Made by a program: the position numbers and the translations under genes
The notes under the pieces: model-generated
Seen by the model: only the letters and a program-made list of their open reading frames with translations
Databases searched by the model: none
Told to the model about the DNA's origin: nothing
Shown here: positions 1-10,142 of the stretch, in pieces
Layout of the letters: the number at the start of each line of letters is the position of its first letter
Position numbering within the stretch: position 1 is the stretch's first letter
Origin: a virus
Lineage: Duplodnaviria > Heunggongvirae > Uroviricota > Caudoviricetes
DNA: 64,000 nt
Strand: one strand, 5' to 3'
IMG/VR virus record: IMGVR_UViG_3300029745_000341
Span: 64,001 to 128,000 of that record

Positions 1-1000
1 TCCATGCATCAACCATCTTATCGAAAAGATTATTGGTGACAACAAAATTAGCAGCAGCTACCGGATCTGACGAAGCTATTATCATATCTGCCTCCCTCTT
101 GGCTCCGGCTTTCTGATTTTTAGCTTCCTGTATCTGACTGTCAATACGATCAATAATATCCTTATTATCCCCTACTGATTTCTTTTTTGCTTCCAATGCT
201 CCTATGTGCCTATCGTATCTTTCTACATAAGACCCAATGTATTGACTAACCAAATCCGGATTACTGAACACCGGATTGGTGGCTGCCATGTACGATGCTT
301 CTATTCTCATCTGATTCCTCATATTTTCAGATAAGTTAGCAGACACAAAATTCCTTATCTGGGAATCTGTAAGTTCATCTACATTAACTTCTATAATACC
401 ACCAGTAGGATTACCTTTAACATCATATTCTGTTGTCTGAATCTTCTTGCCTTCGTTATTTTTCCTAAAGTCACTAACCAGCTTATTTATCTCCTTAGTA
501 TAATTGACATAAGGAGAATAATGAAGACCTCCTAACCTTGATCCTGCTTTACCATCCGACCTCCATTTGTAATAAGGATCCAAAGCATGCCATTCATTAA
601 TAGGAGAATAAAGTTCAGGATGATTCTGTTTTATAGATTCTATTTCCTTCATAACCCTCTTGCCTTCTTTTGTTCCGGCAATCGCGTTAATGACCGTATC
701 ATCTAACACCGAACTGATCTCTCCTTGTATGGCTCTCGTAACACCATCAGAAGAAAGATCCACGCCTTTGAATTTTTGATTGATGTTAGCAATCACACCT
801 GACATCTTATCTTCCATATAAGCACGGGCTTCAGGCTTATCTATTTCTTGACCCATAAGATAATCTACCTGGGTATAGATCTTTTCACGAGCAGCATCAA
901 CCTTCTGCTGTTTGTACATCATAACATCCTTAACAAGATCTATGTTGTAAGGACTAACATACGGGGCATATTGCCTTAGAATACTATATTGTGAAGCCAT
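1..1000 (-). CDS. Large virion cargo/ejection-type protein, N-terminal part (runs off the window)
   Basis: Absent from the ORF track because truncated. ATG at 998-1000 overlaps the upstream TGA (TGATG) and reads MASQYSILRQYAPYVSPYNIDLVKDVMMYKQQKVD. Function inferred from position only. Confidence 0.6.
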   Translation of the reverse strand, partial: MASQYSILRQYAPYVSPYNIDLVKDVMMYKQQKVDAAREKIYTQVDYLMGQEIDKPEARAYMEDKMSGVIANINQKFKGVDLSSDGVTRAIQGEISSVLDDTVINAIAGTKEGKRVMKEIESIKQNHPELYSPINEWHALDPYYKWRSDGKAGSRLGGLHYSPYVNYTKEINKLVSDFRKNNEGKKIQTTEYDVKGNPTGGIIEVNVDELTDSQIRNFVSANLSENMRNQMRIEASYMAATNPVFSNPDLVSQYIGSYVERYDRHIGALEAKKKSVGDNKDIIDRIDSQIQEAKNQKAGAKREADMIIASSDPVAAANFVVTNNLFDKMVDAW

Positions 1001-3843
1001 CAGCTATTTCTCCTTCTCTTTTTATATTTATCTTCTTCATCATCCTCCAAGCTCTTCAAATAAGGTGTAGAATAATCACCCATATTCATCACATCCTGAT
1101 TGCCTTGAACGTAAATAATTTGACCACTTGGAAGCATTCTCATATTCGGAGCTATGGATGCTATGGTATTTAATGAAGTTCGAACATTAAACTTATTCTG
1201 TATCTCGCTGTTTATACTGTCATAATAACGAGCAAGATTTTCATCCCTTATAGCCATAGCTTTCAACAACCCAGATTCATAACGTTGCCTTTCTGCTATG
1301 TTCTTATCATCTGTCTGAACATAAGCCATTTCATTGAATCTATCAGCTTCGTTTATTTGCCTTGCGTTATTGAAATTTACTTCATTAACGTACTTGGCTA
1401 TATTGCTTCCAGCTATGGCGTTCATATTAGCCAGAATAGCAGCCCGCTGGGAGTCGGGCACGTCACCTACTGCGTCTAACTGAGCCGATGTAGCGCGGTT
1501 GAGCTCGTTGATATACTGATCAGCAGATTGAAGAACTGGGTCTATTCTCGGAGCCTGATGTCTTTCCAGACCTTCTATCTCCAAGCCTGTATCGAGCGTT
1601 CTCAGCATCTCCGGGAAGATAGGACCGAACGCCGCCGGTCTGCCCTGTCCTTTAGGTCCGTTGTCTTCAACCACCTCCTCTGTATCGGTGTCGGTTGCAG
1701 TCGTAGGCGTACTTGCTTTCGGTTTTACCTCTATCCTTCCAGGAGATCCAATCTTAGGCGGTGTAAGGCCTGGTGCTATGGGACCGGCCTCAATAGGCTT
1801 CATTTCTGGTTTAACAGACTCAAGAACGAAGTCTATTTCCGGCATTAACCCACTATCTCTTAAAGCAACAAACTTATTATAATCGGAGCCCAGAATCTTC
1901 TTAGCGGCATCAGATTTATCACCAAATAAGTCAACATAATTCTTTATCCCTTTTTCGTTTAACAATCTTTTTTGCTCTGCCGAAACAACGTCCAACCCAT
2001 AATAAGAACGAGTAGCTGTTGTCTGACCAAACTTATCATCTACGGCAAATGAATTATAAGTCTGATTCCCTCCGTAGCTTCCGGCGTCCTGGCCCCAGAA
2101 TCCGTATTCATCTCTGAATTTCTTGGCTGCATCAGCATTCGTAATAGCGCCTACATCAGCTAACGCCCACAATGCATTTAATTGCCTGTTGTATCCTTTC
2201 TGGAAACCTTCTGTATCAAAATCACCATCCGTATTGTACTTGTTAGCCCATCGGTTTATGTCGAGCAAATTAGATACCGCCTTATCATTTACCCTGCCGT
2301 ATCCTAAATTGCTTCTATGTTGGAGATTCTGGTTGGCATTGACACTGGAATCAGGATTAAGAATCTGCTCACGACCACTAACATCAGATACAGTCATATT
2401 AAGAGTTCGTCCAAATAACTGATTGATAAGCTTATTGTAGCCGATAGCATTCTTTCTAAGTTCCTCCAGCTCCTTCTGAGTAGGTCCACCTTCAGCCATT
2501 TTTCTGGTTTGCTTAACATACTCGTCATATATCCAGTTCTTAGCATCTGATTCTGCAATATTAAAAGCCTTAGCTTGTTTCTTTACCTGATTCAGATCAA
2601 CAACCCCGCCATCCCTGAAAAAAGCATCCATCTTCTCGTTACGCTTAGATTCTTCCTGTTTGCCATAAACGATTTCAGCGAAAGAACGAAATTGTGCTTC
2701 AAGCTCGTCTATCTCTTTCTGGTTTTCATTGACGTACTTGGAAAGAATAGAAGCATTAAGATTAGATGTGTTTTTGTCTTTTACATCTTCATTTTTCTCT
2801 AATCTCTTATATACACGCTCCTGATCTTCGTACTTATCAGACAAACCAATCTTCTTCTTATATCGATCAAGGAGTGTAGCATACGTATCTTTTGACGTTG
2901 CCTTAATACCATAATTTTCTCTAACGTAAGAGGCAAACTCATCATCTATCTTACGATAATCGGAAACAATATAAGCCTCTGGCAAATCAACCGGAGTACC
3001 ACCATTTTCATGTCTGTCCCCTTTGGCTTCCATAGGCCCTACGGAGTCAGGAGTCAGCACGTACTCGCCTTTCTCTATCTCTACATTCGCAGCATCTTCC
3101 ATAGACTTGGGAAGAGGATAAATATATTCGCCGGTCATATCAGACGTATCCATCTTCTGACCGTTACCTAAATTCACGCCACCACCTTCACGTTCCCACT
3201 TGATGAATTGCTGACGACGCTCCTTGGCAAGTTTTTCCCTTGCAGCCTGCTCGTCTCTGCTGGCAGCATATGCAGCAGATGAAGCCCCCATGATATTACG
3301 AGTAAGACCTAATCCTAAACTAACACCAGACAAGGCGGCTTGAGCCACATTAGCACCTATCTTATTACCGGCTCTTATCCGACCAAGGCTTGTACCGAAC
3401 ATTTGAGCCCTACTTCCAAGATCAGGCGAATAATATGGCATAGTCATAGGATCAAGAGGATTACCATCTTGGGAACGTTTTTCTTTAGAGGAATCAGCAT
3501 CAACACCACCTAAATTCATTGCATTATCAACGACTGATTTCTCTACGTTTTTAACCATGCCCCTATTATCAGCGAGATATCCTGCATATCCTGCATCATG
3601 ATTTTCAAAAAACGGATCGGATGTAGGCATACTACTAAATGGATTTATCTCCCCCTCCTCTGTTTCTAAAGTCACATCAGAAGGCATATATATATTCTGA
3701 ATATCAGATTCACCCCATTTATTAACAGGCGTTCCATAATCAAGAATAGGCTGAGTAGAGGATACATTAATATCCTGTCTCTTATCCTGAACACTACCGC
3801 CAGGAGCGAATATCGGACGATTTTTTATGATTCGTAATCTCAT
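1000..3843 (-). CDS. Putative virion cargo/ejection protein
   Basis: Long helical, Ala/Gln/Asn-rich ORF with repeated xxGG motifs (FAPGG, EREGG, FRDGG, MAEGG). ATG 3843 preferred because the track GTG start overlaps the promoter motif at 3856-3865. Confidence 0.55.
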   Translation of the reverse strand: MRLRIIKNRPIFAPGGSVQDKRQDINVSSTQPILDYGTPVNKWGESDIQNIYMPSDVTLETEEGEINPFSSMPTSDPFFENHDAGYAGYLADNRGMVKNVEKSVVDNAMNLGGVDADSSKEKRSQDGNPLDPMTMPYYSPDLGSRAQMFGTSLGRIRAGNKIGANVAQAALSGVSLGLGLTRNIMGASSAAYAASRDEQAAREKLAKERRQQFIKWEREGGGVNLGNGQKMDTSDMTGEYIYPLPKSMEDAANVEIEKGEYVLTPDSVGPMEAKGDRHENGGTPVDLPEAYIVSDYRKIDDEFASYVRENYGIKATSKDTYATLLDRYKKKIGLSDKYEDQERVYKRLEKNEDVKDKNTSNLNASILSKYVNENQKEIDELEAQFRSFAEIVYGKQEESKRNEKMDAFFRDGGVVDLNQVKKQAKAFNIAESDAKNWIYDEYVKQTRKMAEGGPTQKELEELRKNAIGYNKLINQLFGRTLNMTVSDVSGREQILNPDSSVNANQNLQHRSNLGYGRVNDKAVSNLLDINRWANKYNTDGDFDTEGFQKGYNRQLNALWALADVGAITNADAAKKFRDEYGFWGQDAGSYGGNQTYNSFAVDDKFGQTTATRSYYGLDVVSAEQKRLLNEKGIKNYVDLFGDKSDAAKKILGSDYNKFVALRDSGLMPEIDFVLESVKPEMKPIEAGPIAPGLTPPKIGSPGRIEVKPKASTPTTATDTDTEEVVEDNGPKGQGRPAAFGPIFPEMLRTLDTGLEIEGLERHQAPRIDPVLQSADQYINELNRATSAQLDAVGDVPDSQRAAILANMNAIAGSNIAKYVNEVNFNNARQINEADRFNEMAYVQTDDKNIAERQRYESGLLKAMAIRDENLARYYDSINSEIQNKFNVRTSLNTIASIAPNMRMLPSGQIIYVQGNQDVMNMGDYSTPYLKSLEDDEEDKYKKRRRNS

Positions 3844-3911
3844 ACTATCTTTTTTCACAAAGATAAGAGAAACGAACGAGAAAATCCAACGTTATGGGAT
3901 ACGTTTAAAAA

Positions 3912-4931
3912 TCAATCATGTACGGCAGACAAACCGCCCGAATCAGGGTCGTACTTAAGACCGCATGCCCGGCGATAGTTCTTAAGCGCTCTCTTGTACA
4001 AAAACAGCACCGTCTTGGAAACTATTTTCTTCATAGATTTGGTTAAAACCTCTTCTGTTGAAACAGACATCAGGCAGCTATTCAAGAACGACCTGACATT
4101 GAAACCGAACAAGATCTTCACCATTTTTCTAAACGTTCTAAAAAGATATGATGCAGAAAGAGACTTTAACCCATTGCGAACCAGTCTCTTATTCAAATAC
4201 GAAACAGCCTTTTCAGATAGACAGAGCCTATTCTTTCCTTCGCTATCTACCTCTGATGAAAACCACGAATATAAAGTGGTAGGATGTTTCTTAAGGTGAT
4301 TGATGAAGGAAGTCATTATCCCTTCTTTTAAAGCCCTTTTGTGGGCTACGCATGCAGCAATCTTCTCTTCTCTTTTTAAAGAGCTGTCAAGGCATCTAAA
4401 CACCGTCCTATCGTCTCCGATGAAATACTGAGGACGTTCTTCCTTAAACTTAGCCCGGTATACAGCATATCCTTCCTTACGAAGCATGTCTATCTGAGAC
4501 CGGATATAGAACCTTACACACTTTTCTTCAGCCTCTTGCACGCTTTTAAGATAAGGAACTGACTTTCTCCCATATCGAAGATAGTCATAAACCATAGCTT
4601 CAATAAAGTCATTATATGGAAAGAATCTCCCAAATCCAAAGTTCCAAACTATGAAACATCGCACTCTATCTTTCCAGTAATCAGATATGAGAAAGTTGCT
4701 ACAATATCTCAACTTCCTGTCTTTCTGATAGAAATGATGAGTATGCTTATCATAAAATAGATTAAAATATCTCAAATTGCCTAAACACTGACCAGATGGA
4801 CGGCGTACTACATTATACCCTAAGTTGCTGAAGCTATTGTATATAACTTCTATCGGAGAGACCTGCTCTTTCTTGAAGAGCTTGTCGTGTAACTTGTGAG
4901 GATTCATTATTTCAGTTATTTTTGTCTCCAT
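3912..4931 (-). CDS. Basic hypothetical protein, possibly DNA-binding/replication-associated
   Basis: 339-aa Lys/Arg/aromatic-rich ORF with its own TATATTTG element (~4947-4954), next to a structured non-coding block. No catalytic motif recognised. Confidence 0.45.
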   Translation of the reverse strand: METKITEIMNPHKLHDKLFKKEQVSPIEVIYNSFSNLGYNVVRRPSGQCLGNLRYFNLFYDKHTHHFYQKDRKLRYCSNFLISDYWKDRVRCFIVWNFGFGRFFPYNDFIEAMVYDYLRYGRKSVPYLKSVQEAEEKCVRFYIRSQIDMLRKEGYAVYRAKFKEERPQYFIGDDRTVFRCLDSSLKREEKIAACVAHKRALKEGIMTSFINHLKKHPTTLYSWFSSEVDSEGKNRLCLSEKAVSYLNKRLVRNGLKSLSASYLFRTFRKMVKILFGFNVRSFLNSCLMSVSTEEVLTKSMKKIVSKTVLFLYKRALKNYRRACGLKYDPDSGGLSAVHD

Positions 4932-4986
4932 ATTGTTTGTTTAGTGCAAATATATGATTTTACATAAAAAGAAGAAAATGCACTGC

Positions 4987-5030
4987 CTTGTATCCGGTTT
5001 GAGAGAAATAGGATACAAGGTTTTTTATTT
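4987..5030. terminator. Hairpin / intrinsic terminator-like element
   Basis: CCTTGTATCC...GGATACAAGG inverted repeat followed by a T-run on the + strand. Confidence 0.5.
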
Positions 5031-5241
5031 TATGACGGTTTGGATAAGAGACGGGAAAATGACCCTGAACGTAACCGTCTGACCGTCAGGAGTGGGACAA
5101 CAAATCTTGAATTAAAACTACGCCTATAAATAGTCTCCGTTTTCCTTAATATTAAGACCATTTTTAATGATCTTACTCATTATATTATTTATATTATTTT
5201 ATATACTTTACCATTTATTCATATAATTGTTTGCAGTGAAT

Positions 5242-5420
5242 GAACTTAACGACCGAAGGGAGTTAAGTGAGTGAACGGATTGACAAATTACTTTTTTCGT
5301 CTATTGTATTGTTTGCCTAATTGTGTTAAAAGATTGAGTATCGTGACCGAAGGGAACGATGCGAAAAAACTTATAATATTTAAAAACGACTGAACCTATC
5401 GACTGAAGGGAGATAGGTGA
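5242..5420 (+). repeat. Three 29-nt hairpins GA-N7-GA-CY-GAA-GG-GA-N7'-GA
   Basis: Copies at 5242-5270, 5336-5364 and 5392-5420. Stems ACTTAAC/GTTAAGT, GTATCGT/ACGATGC and ACCTATC/GATAGGT differ in sequence but all pair. Confidence 0.85.
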
Positions 5421-5681
5421 TGGAGTGACGTTAATAATTATATTAGGTAGCCAGTGGAGAATTAGGCAGGCTGGTAGGCGAGACGGGCGTCCATGCCTGT
5501 CAGGACAGTGGAAGTACGTAGGTCTGTTCTGTTAAACAAAGGCGATGATAGTTCCATCCTTCACGAAATCGCACAGAAAAGCCGGATTATCTTGATGACG
5601 TTCTTCAACCTTCGGTATCCGTGTAACGAGTCTCAAATCCGGCTTCGCTTTATTAATATGAGGAAATAAAATAATATTGTT

Positions 5682-6788
5682 CTAATTATCGGTGACGCCT
5701 TTAATGCGAAGCTGAATATTGGGAAGCACGGCATTAATCAAAGCCATTTTCTTATCCTCTTCGCTTTCTTTTTCATGCTGTTTATACATCATGCTGTAAT
5801 CACTGTCATCACCATCCTTTTTCCCGTCTAACGTCAGTAAATGATTTATGATGTCCTTACCATACGTTTCAGTCCATGTACGGAATCTCTCTTCCTCGGA
5901 CTGTCTCTCCTGGGACGGGACTTCCGGGTTAGGAAGGGCGGCTGCCACTTCTACCTCTGGAAGTGTTACCGATGCTGCTATTTCAGCATCATCTCCGAAT
6001 CCCATTTGACCATACGAAGATACGGAATTTTCTTCAATTTCCAAACCAAGATTTTTAGCAACCTCCATAGCATAATTATAACGGTCATCGTTTCTTATAA
6101 CACTCTTATGAGGACGTCCTGCTCCTTGGTTCCAAGCTACTACAGCATCTTTCAGGTTATCGGCGTTCATAAAGTCCTGCCGGCTGTAGTTGTAATACCC
6201 TGGTCCTTCTTTTCCTTTTCTTGTGTATAAGAAATTAGAATATCCGGTTTTCCCTTCGTATTCATCAGCTAAAAACTCAAGTTGGTCTTTGAATGTTGGT
6301 GTAGAATGACCTTTCTTTTTGGCGTGCTTGAATAGCTTATCCATACGCTCATTATGCCATTGCTGTATGCCGTATGATGTTCTGTTGTCTCCGTATATGT
6401 CATCTTTAAGACCGGATTCAGCCATGAGATTACCTATGATAGCAAGCGCCTGTATCTTGGACATGCCGCGCTTATTAGTAAAGTATTCGTATGCTTCACG
6501 TTGTTTATTTACAACACCACCTTCTTCGTATTTCCTTACAAACCTTTTAGGTAAAGCCTTGTCATTATTTCGAAGAACACTACCTTTCTTAGGATCGTAT
6601 TTGATGCGTTCCCTTATTCTAAGAGGAACATCCCTTTCCGGTATGATGTCTTCCGCTATCTTTTTTCGGCTAAAATCATAATCATCCTTCACATCCAACA
6701 TACCAGCATCCGGATCCCATCTTACACTGAAATTCTTCAACGCACCTAATCCGGAAGCTTCGTTTACTTTTTTCAAAATTGTCACCAT
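5682..6788 (-). CDS. Phage tail-lysozyme-domain protein (probable C-terminal part of a frameshifted gene)
   Basis: AIIGNLMAESGL...SYGIQQW matches the Phage_lysozyme2-type motif. Overlaps the upstream ORF across an A6 run at 6768-6773. Confidence 0.7.
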   Translation of the reverse strand: MVTILKKVNEASGLGALKNFSVRWDPDAGMLDVKDDYDFSRKKIAEDIIPERDVPLRIRERIKYDPKKGSVLRNNDKALPKRFVRKYEEGGVVNKQREAYEYFTNKRGMSKIQALAIIGNLMAESGLKDDIYGDNRTSYGIQQWHNERMDKLFKHAKKKGHSTPTFKDQLEFLADEYEGKTGYSNFLYTRKGKEGPGYYNYSRQDFMNADNLKDAVVAWNQGAGRPHKSVIRNDDRYNYAMEVAKNLGLEIEENSVSSYGQMGFGDDAEIAASVTLPEVEVAAALPNPEVPSQERQSEEERFRTWTETYGKDIINHLLTLDGKKDGDDSDYSMMYKQHEKESEEDKKMALINAVLPNIQLRIKGVTDN

Positions 6789-7938
6789 ATACCTCTTCTC
6801 TAAATGGACTTACACCTTCATTTACTAAAATCCATTTTCCTGGATTTTCAAATATATTTTTATTTAGTTTATCAAGGACCTTCTTATAATCTCTTATTTT
6901 TCGTTTACTTTTTTCATCAGCGTCCTTATATGCCTCATCAAGCATGTTGTTCATATACTCTTTATCTAATAAAGATTGTATCAAAATAGCTTGTTCTTGA
7001 GGCAATCCTACATACTGAGCATCATCATCATCGTCATCAAAACGATACTTGCTCGCCGGTAATCTACTTATATCTCCATCAGTGTAAGCCTTCCACATTT
7101 TTTCTTCAAAATCTGTGGCTGTATCTTCCCCTGATCGCTCCCTATTAGGATCCAACATTCGTTTCACAGTAGGAATAAAATCGGCTATTAAACTAATAGG
7201 ATCAGTGTCTAATATTGGATTAACGGATTCATACCACTTATCAGGATCAGCGTTATTGGATATACCAACTGATTTTATATTCGAATCAGACACCCTGACC
7301 TTATCTCCGTCATATCCTCTACCTACATAACCTGTATCACCGTATTTTGCGGCTACATGACGAGCGTCTTCATACTTTGAATCATTAGTATCTTTTTCTA
7401 TAGATTCGTTCTCTACAGGCTTGTCTTCAATCAGGACATAGTTACTGTCATCATCCACCGTCCAGGGCTGGTCTGTCGGCGTAGAGAACACCCGGCGCTC
7501 GAAGGCACGGCGCTTCTTCTGGCCGCCCATACCTTTCTCGTTTTCATTGTGATTTATTTCTTTCACCGCCTTATCATAATCACCTTCTTTAAGGTATTTG
7601 AAAAGCATCGGGCTTTTAGAATACTCTGGTCCTCCTGTATTGTAAAACAAGCTAAACAAAGCATCTCTCTGATTATTGTTTAGATTTTTGAAATTAGGAG
7701 TTCTTCGTATAAATTCCGGAACAAACGTATTAACTACACCTTCAAATTCCTTATCGGCCTCTTCTACTGTTATACCATTCTTGTATTTTTTAAGAAGATG
7801 AGGAAGATGAAATCCGTACCCGATTGTTATATTCCCCTTCTTGTCGTCATATAATTCAGGCTCAAACTTTTCCCACGATTTCAAATATTTTAGTATATTT
7901 TCTGAGGGTTTCCAATCTGATTTATTCTTCTTTGCCAT
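6682..7938 (-). CDS. GH24 (T4-like) lysozyme-domain virion protein (N-terminal part)
   Basis: LKSWEKFEPELYDDKKGNITIGYGF (E-x8-D-x5-T) and NQRDALFSLFYNTG are GH24 muramidase motifs. Confidence 0.75.
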   Translation of the reverse strand: MAKKNKSDWKPSENILKYLKSWEKFEPELYDDKKGNITIGYGFHLPHLLKKYKNGITVEEADKEFEGVVNTFVPEFIRRTPNFKNLNNNQRDALFSLFYNTGGPEYSKSPMLFKYLKEGDYDKAVKEINHNENEKGMGGQKKRRAFERRVFSTPTDQPWTVDDDSNYVLIEDKPVENESIEKDTNDSKYEDARHVAAKYGDTGYVGRGYDGDKVRVSDSNIKSVGISNNADPDKWYESVNPILDTDPISLIADFIPTVKRMLDPNRERSGEDTATDFEEKMWKAYTDGDISRLPASKYRFDDDDDDAQYVGLPQEQAILIQSLLDKEYMNNMLDEAYKDADEKSKRKIRDYKKVLDKLNKNIFENPGKWILVNEGVSPFREEVYGDNFEKSKRSFRIRCVEEFQCKMGSGCWYVGCEG

Positions 7939-8341
7939 TTTTTTCTTCCTCTAAGAATCCAAACATTTCATCTGCGCAATTACCAACAAATCCGGCTATG
8001 TAAGCTGCGTGTTCATCTTCTCCCACCTTAAAGCCAAGAGACATATTACAATGTTGACATACCGACATAGCTGCATGAAATGATTCATGACATATGTTTT
8101 GTGTAGTCATATCATTCTCACTTTGAAAATTCCATAATAACTTAAAAGCTCTATCATCTCTCTTATCACGAACAAGATTCATAAAAGAGACTTCTGAATC
8201 TAAATCGCCTTCATCTCCCCATTCTCCTTCATGATCCAATTCTGCATTCTCAAAACGATCACACAATGTTTTGTAATCTAACCCTATGGTGATAATCAAC
8301 TTTAGTGGATATATCACAAAATCAAATTCTTTTTCTTTCAT
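7922..8341 (-). CDS. Hypothetical protein with HExxH (possible Zn-metallopeptidase fold)
   Basis: CHESFHA followed by DEHAAY. Confidence 0.5.
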   Translation of the reverse strand: MKEKEFDFVIYPLKLIITIGLDYKTLCDRFENAELDHEGEWGDEGDLDSEVSFMNLVRDKRDDRAFKLLWNFQSENDMTTQNICHESFHAAMSVCQHCNMSLGFKVGEDEHAAYIAGFVGNCADEMFGFLEEEKNGKEE

Positions 8342-8447
8342 TCTTTTTTTTCAACAAATGTAAACAAAATATCCGAAGAATGCCACCATTCATTCTCCGG
8401 CTTGTTATGATAAATCTCTTCTTATGAAAACAGTACGAATGTAAGAT

Positions 8448-10082
8448 TTAAATCTTAATCTTCTTAATTTCATCAATCATATTCTTATATCCGCAGAACT
8501 TGCTGTTAATAACATCGAAGATAGATTCTGACCAGCCAGCTATGTTCAAAATATTAGATCCTTTGTAAAACATCTCACTTCCATATCCTTGAATAGAAAT
8601 AGAAACGATTTTGCAATTTGGATTCACTTTCTTGAACTTTTTCAAAAGTTCAGCGAATTTACCATATTCATAATTGGAACTTTTTTCCCATACAATAGAT
8701 TCGCCATCTCCTATCTGCATATCTGAAATAACGTACAAGTTATCTACTTTTATCTTATCTTTGACGCACTTTTCCAAGAATGCAAAAAGACCGTTTTCAG
8801 TAGCACCACCGCATTCTTCTCCGGCAGTAAAAGATTTTTTGTTGTTCCATAAAACACCTCTGCTTCTATCATATTCGTAATTGATAAGTTTGTCACCAAA
8901 CATACCAATAAATATGTCAGGAAGCACAGATGCTATCATACAGCCAAACAAGTTACCAATGACAGCCGTATTTGTTTTGCTAAAGGCAGATACCTCAGAA
9001 GATCCTCCCATATCTCCACGTACAGAGCCAGAGTGGTCAATCAGGATAGCCGACCGCCCCTCCAATACCGGCAGGTTCTTGCAGGAGATGGTTATGGCTT
9101 TCTCCAACGCATCTAAAATCTTATATTTGTCACGCGCTGTTAATTTGGCTCGTTTCTTATCCGACTCAAATACAATATCATTTTTGGAACCATCAGTGCT
9201 CATATTTTCAACCTCTTTGAAAGCTGAAGCAAAACGGAAAGGAAGCATCTTAGAATTAAGTACCTTCTCTTCTATTGTGAGCTGCCTACAAACTTCATCT
9301 ATTTGATCAGGTGCGTATTTGATTATGTTTACAAGGTTACGAACCATATTAAAAATAGGCATACCTTTTACATTAGAAACCACGTCCCGAATAGCGCCAC
9401 CTAAAGCTTCTTTCTTTTCCTTATTGTCTTTCTTATCCTGTCCGGCTTTAGACATTTCTTTTTCAAGAATCTTGCTTTCGTATAATCCAGACAAAGACCG
9501 ACCTTCTATAAGGTACTGGAAAGCCGTTTTGTTAGCCTGATTGCCTTTAGGGTGAAATAAGTTTACGAGGTCAACCATAGTAATGACCCTACTGTCCATC
9601 TTGTACTTGTCAATCCGATACGGATCAAGACCTTCCAAAGCCGTCTTAAATCCTTTCTTAATAGCGCTGGATATTCCTCTTAACTTCTTTGGATTTTTGT
9701 CGTTAAGAGCCGCATAACAGCCAAGGATTTCGCTCATATCATCAGGACGCATAATGATCTTGTTATAGAACCTTGAAGCCCATTCCTTACCCGATGCTTT
9801 GCTGGCAAGGACAGAAGCCATAAGATGCGTTACCGACCTAAGCTTTCCTTCTTTCCTGACATACAATGCTGTTTGTGCTCCGAAATACGGATCTACCTGA
9901 TCCATAAGGTTCTTAATTCTTTCTACTTTATCTTTTTCTTTCTCATAATAAGAATCGGATAACATAGTAGTCATTACCGTAGCTACCAACTCTTCTTCTG
10001 CGTTAGGCTTATACGCCTTCTCTCCCATGTGATTCACGATCGTAGGTTTAACACCTTCATCCTTTTTGTTAAACTTTCCCAT
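8448..10082 (-). CDS. rsr: Ro60/Rsr-like TROVE-domain RNA-binding protein with C-terminal vWA domain
   Basis: TROVE hallmarks (VNHMGEKAY, DSYYE, ALYVRKEGKLRS, RPDDMSE, DLVNLFHPK, MVRNLVNI, SKMLPFRFASA) and vWA MIDAS (LIDHSGS, GGAT, ISDMQ). Adjacent Y-RNA-like genes support the call. Confidence 0.92.
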   Translation of the reverse strand: MGKFNKKDEGVKPTIVNHMGEKAYKPNAEEELVATVMTTMLSDSYYEKEKDKVERIKNLMDQVDPYFGAQTALYVRKEGKLRSVTHLMASVLASKASGKEWASRFYNKIIMRPDDMSEILGCYAALNDKNPKKLRGISSAIKKGFKTALEGLDPYRIDKYKMDSRVITMVDLVNLFHPKGNQANKTAFQYLIEGRSLSGLYESKILEKEMSKAGQDKKDNKEKKEALGGAIRDVVSNVKGMPIFNMVRNLVNIIKYAPDQIDEVCRQLTIEEKVLNSKMLPFRFASAFKEVENMSTDGSKNDIVFESDKKRAKLTARDKYKILDALEKAITISCKNLPVLEGRSAILIDHSGSVRGDMGGSSEVSAFSKTNTAVIGNLFGCMIASVLPDIFIGMFGDKLINYEYDRSRGVLWNNKKSFTAGEECGGATENGLFAFLEKCVKDKIKVDNLYVISDMQIGDGESIVWEKSSNYEYGKFAELLKKFKKVNPNCKIVSISIQGYGSEMFYKGSNILNIAGWSESIFDVINSKFCGYKNMIDEIKKIKI

Positions 10083-10111
10083 TTGTTGTTGTTTTCTTTA
10101 AAGTGTTATAC

Positions 10112-10142
10112 AAAAAAAGCAGTGATATTACTACCACTGCTT
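10112..10142 (-). terminator. Intrinsic terminator between the RNA cluster and the TROVE gene
   Basis: Minus strand AAGCAGTG-GTAGTAATAT-CACTGCTT running into a U7 tract. Confidence 0.75.
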
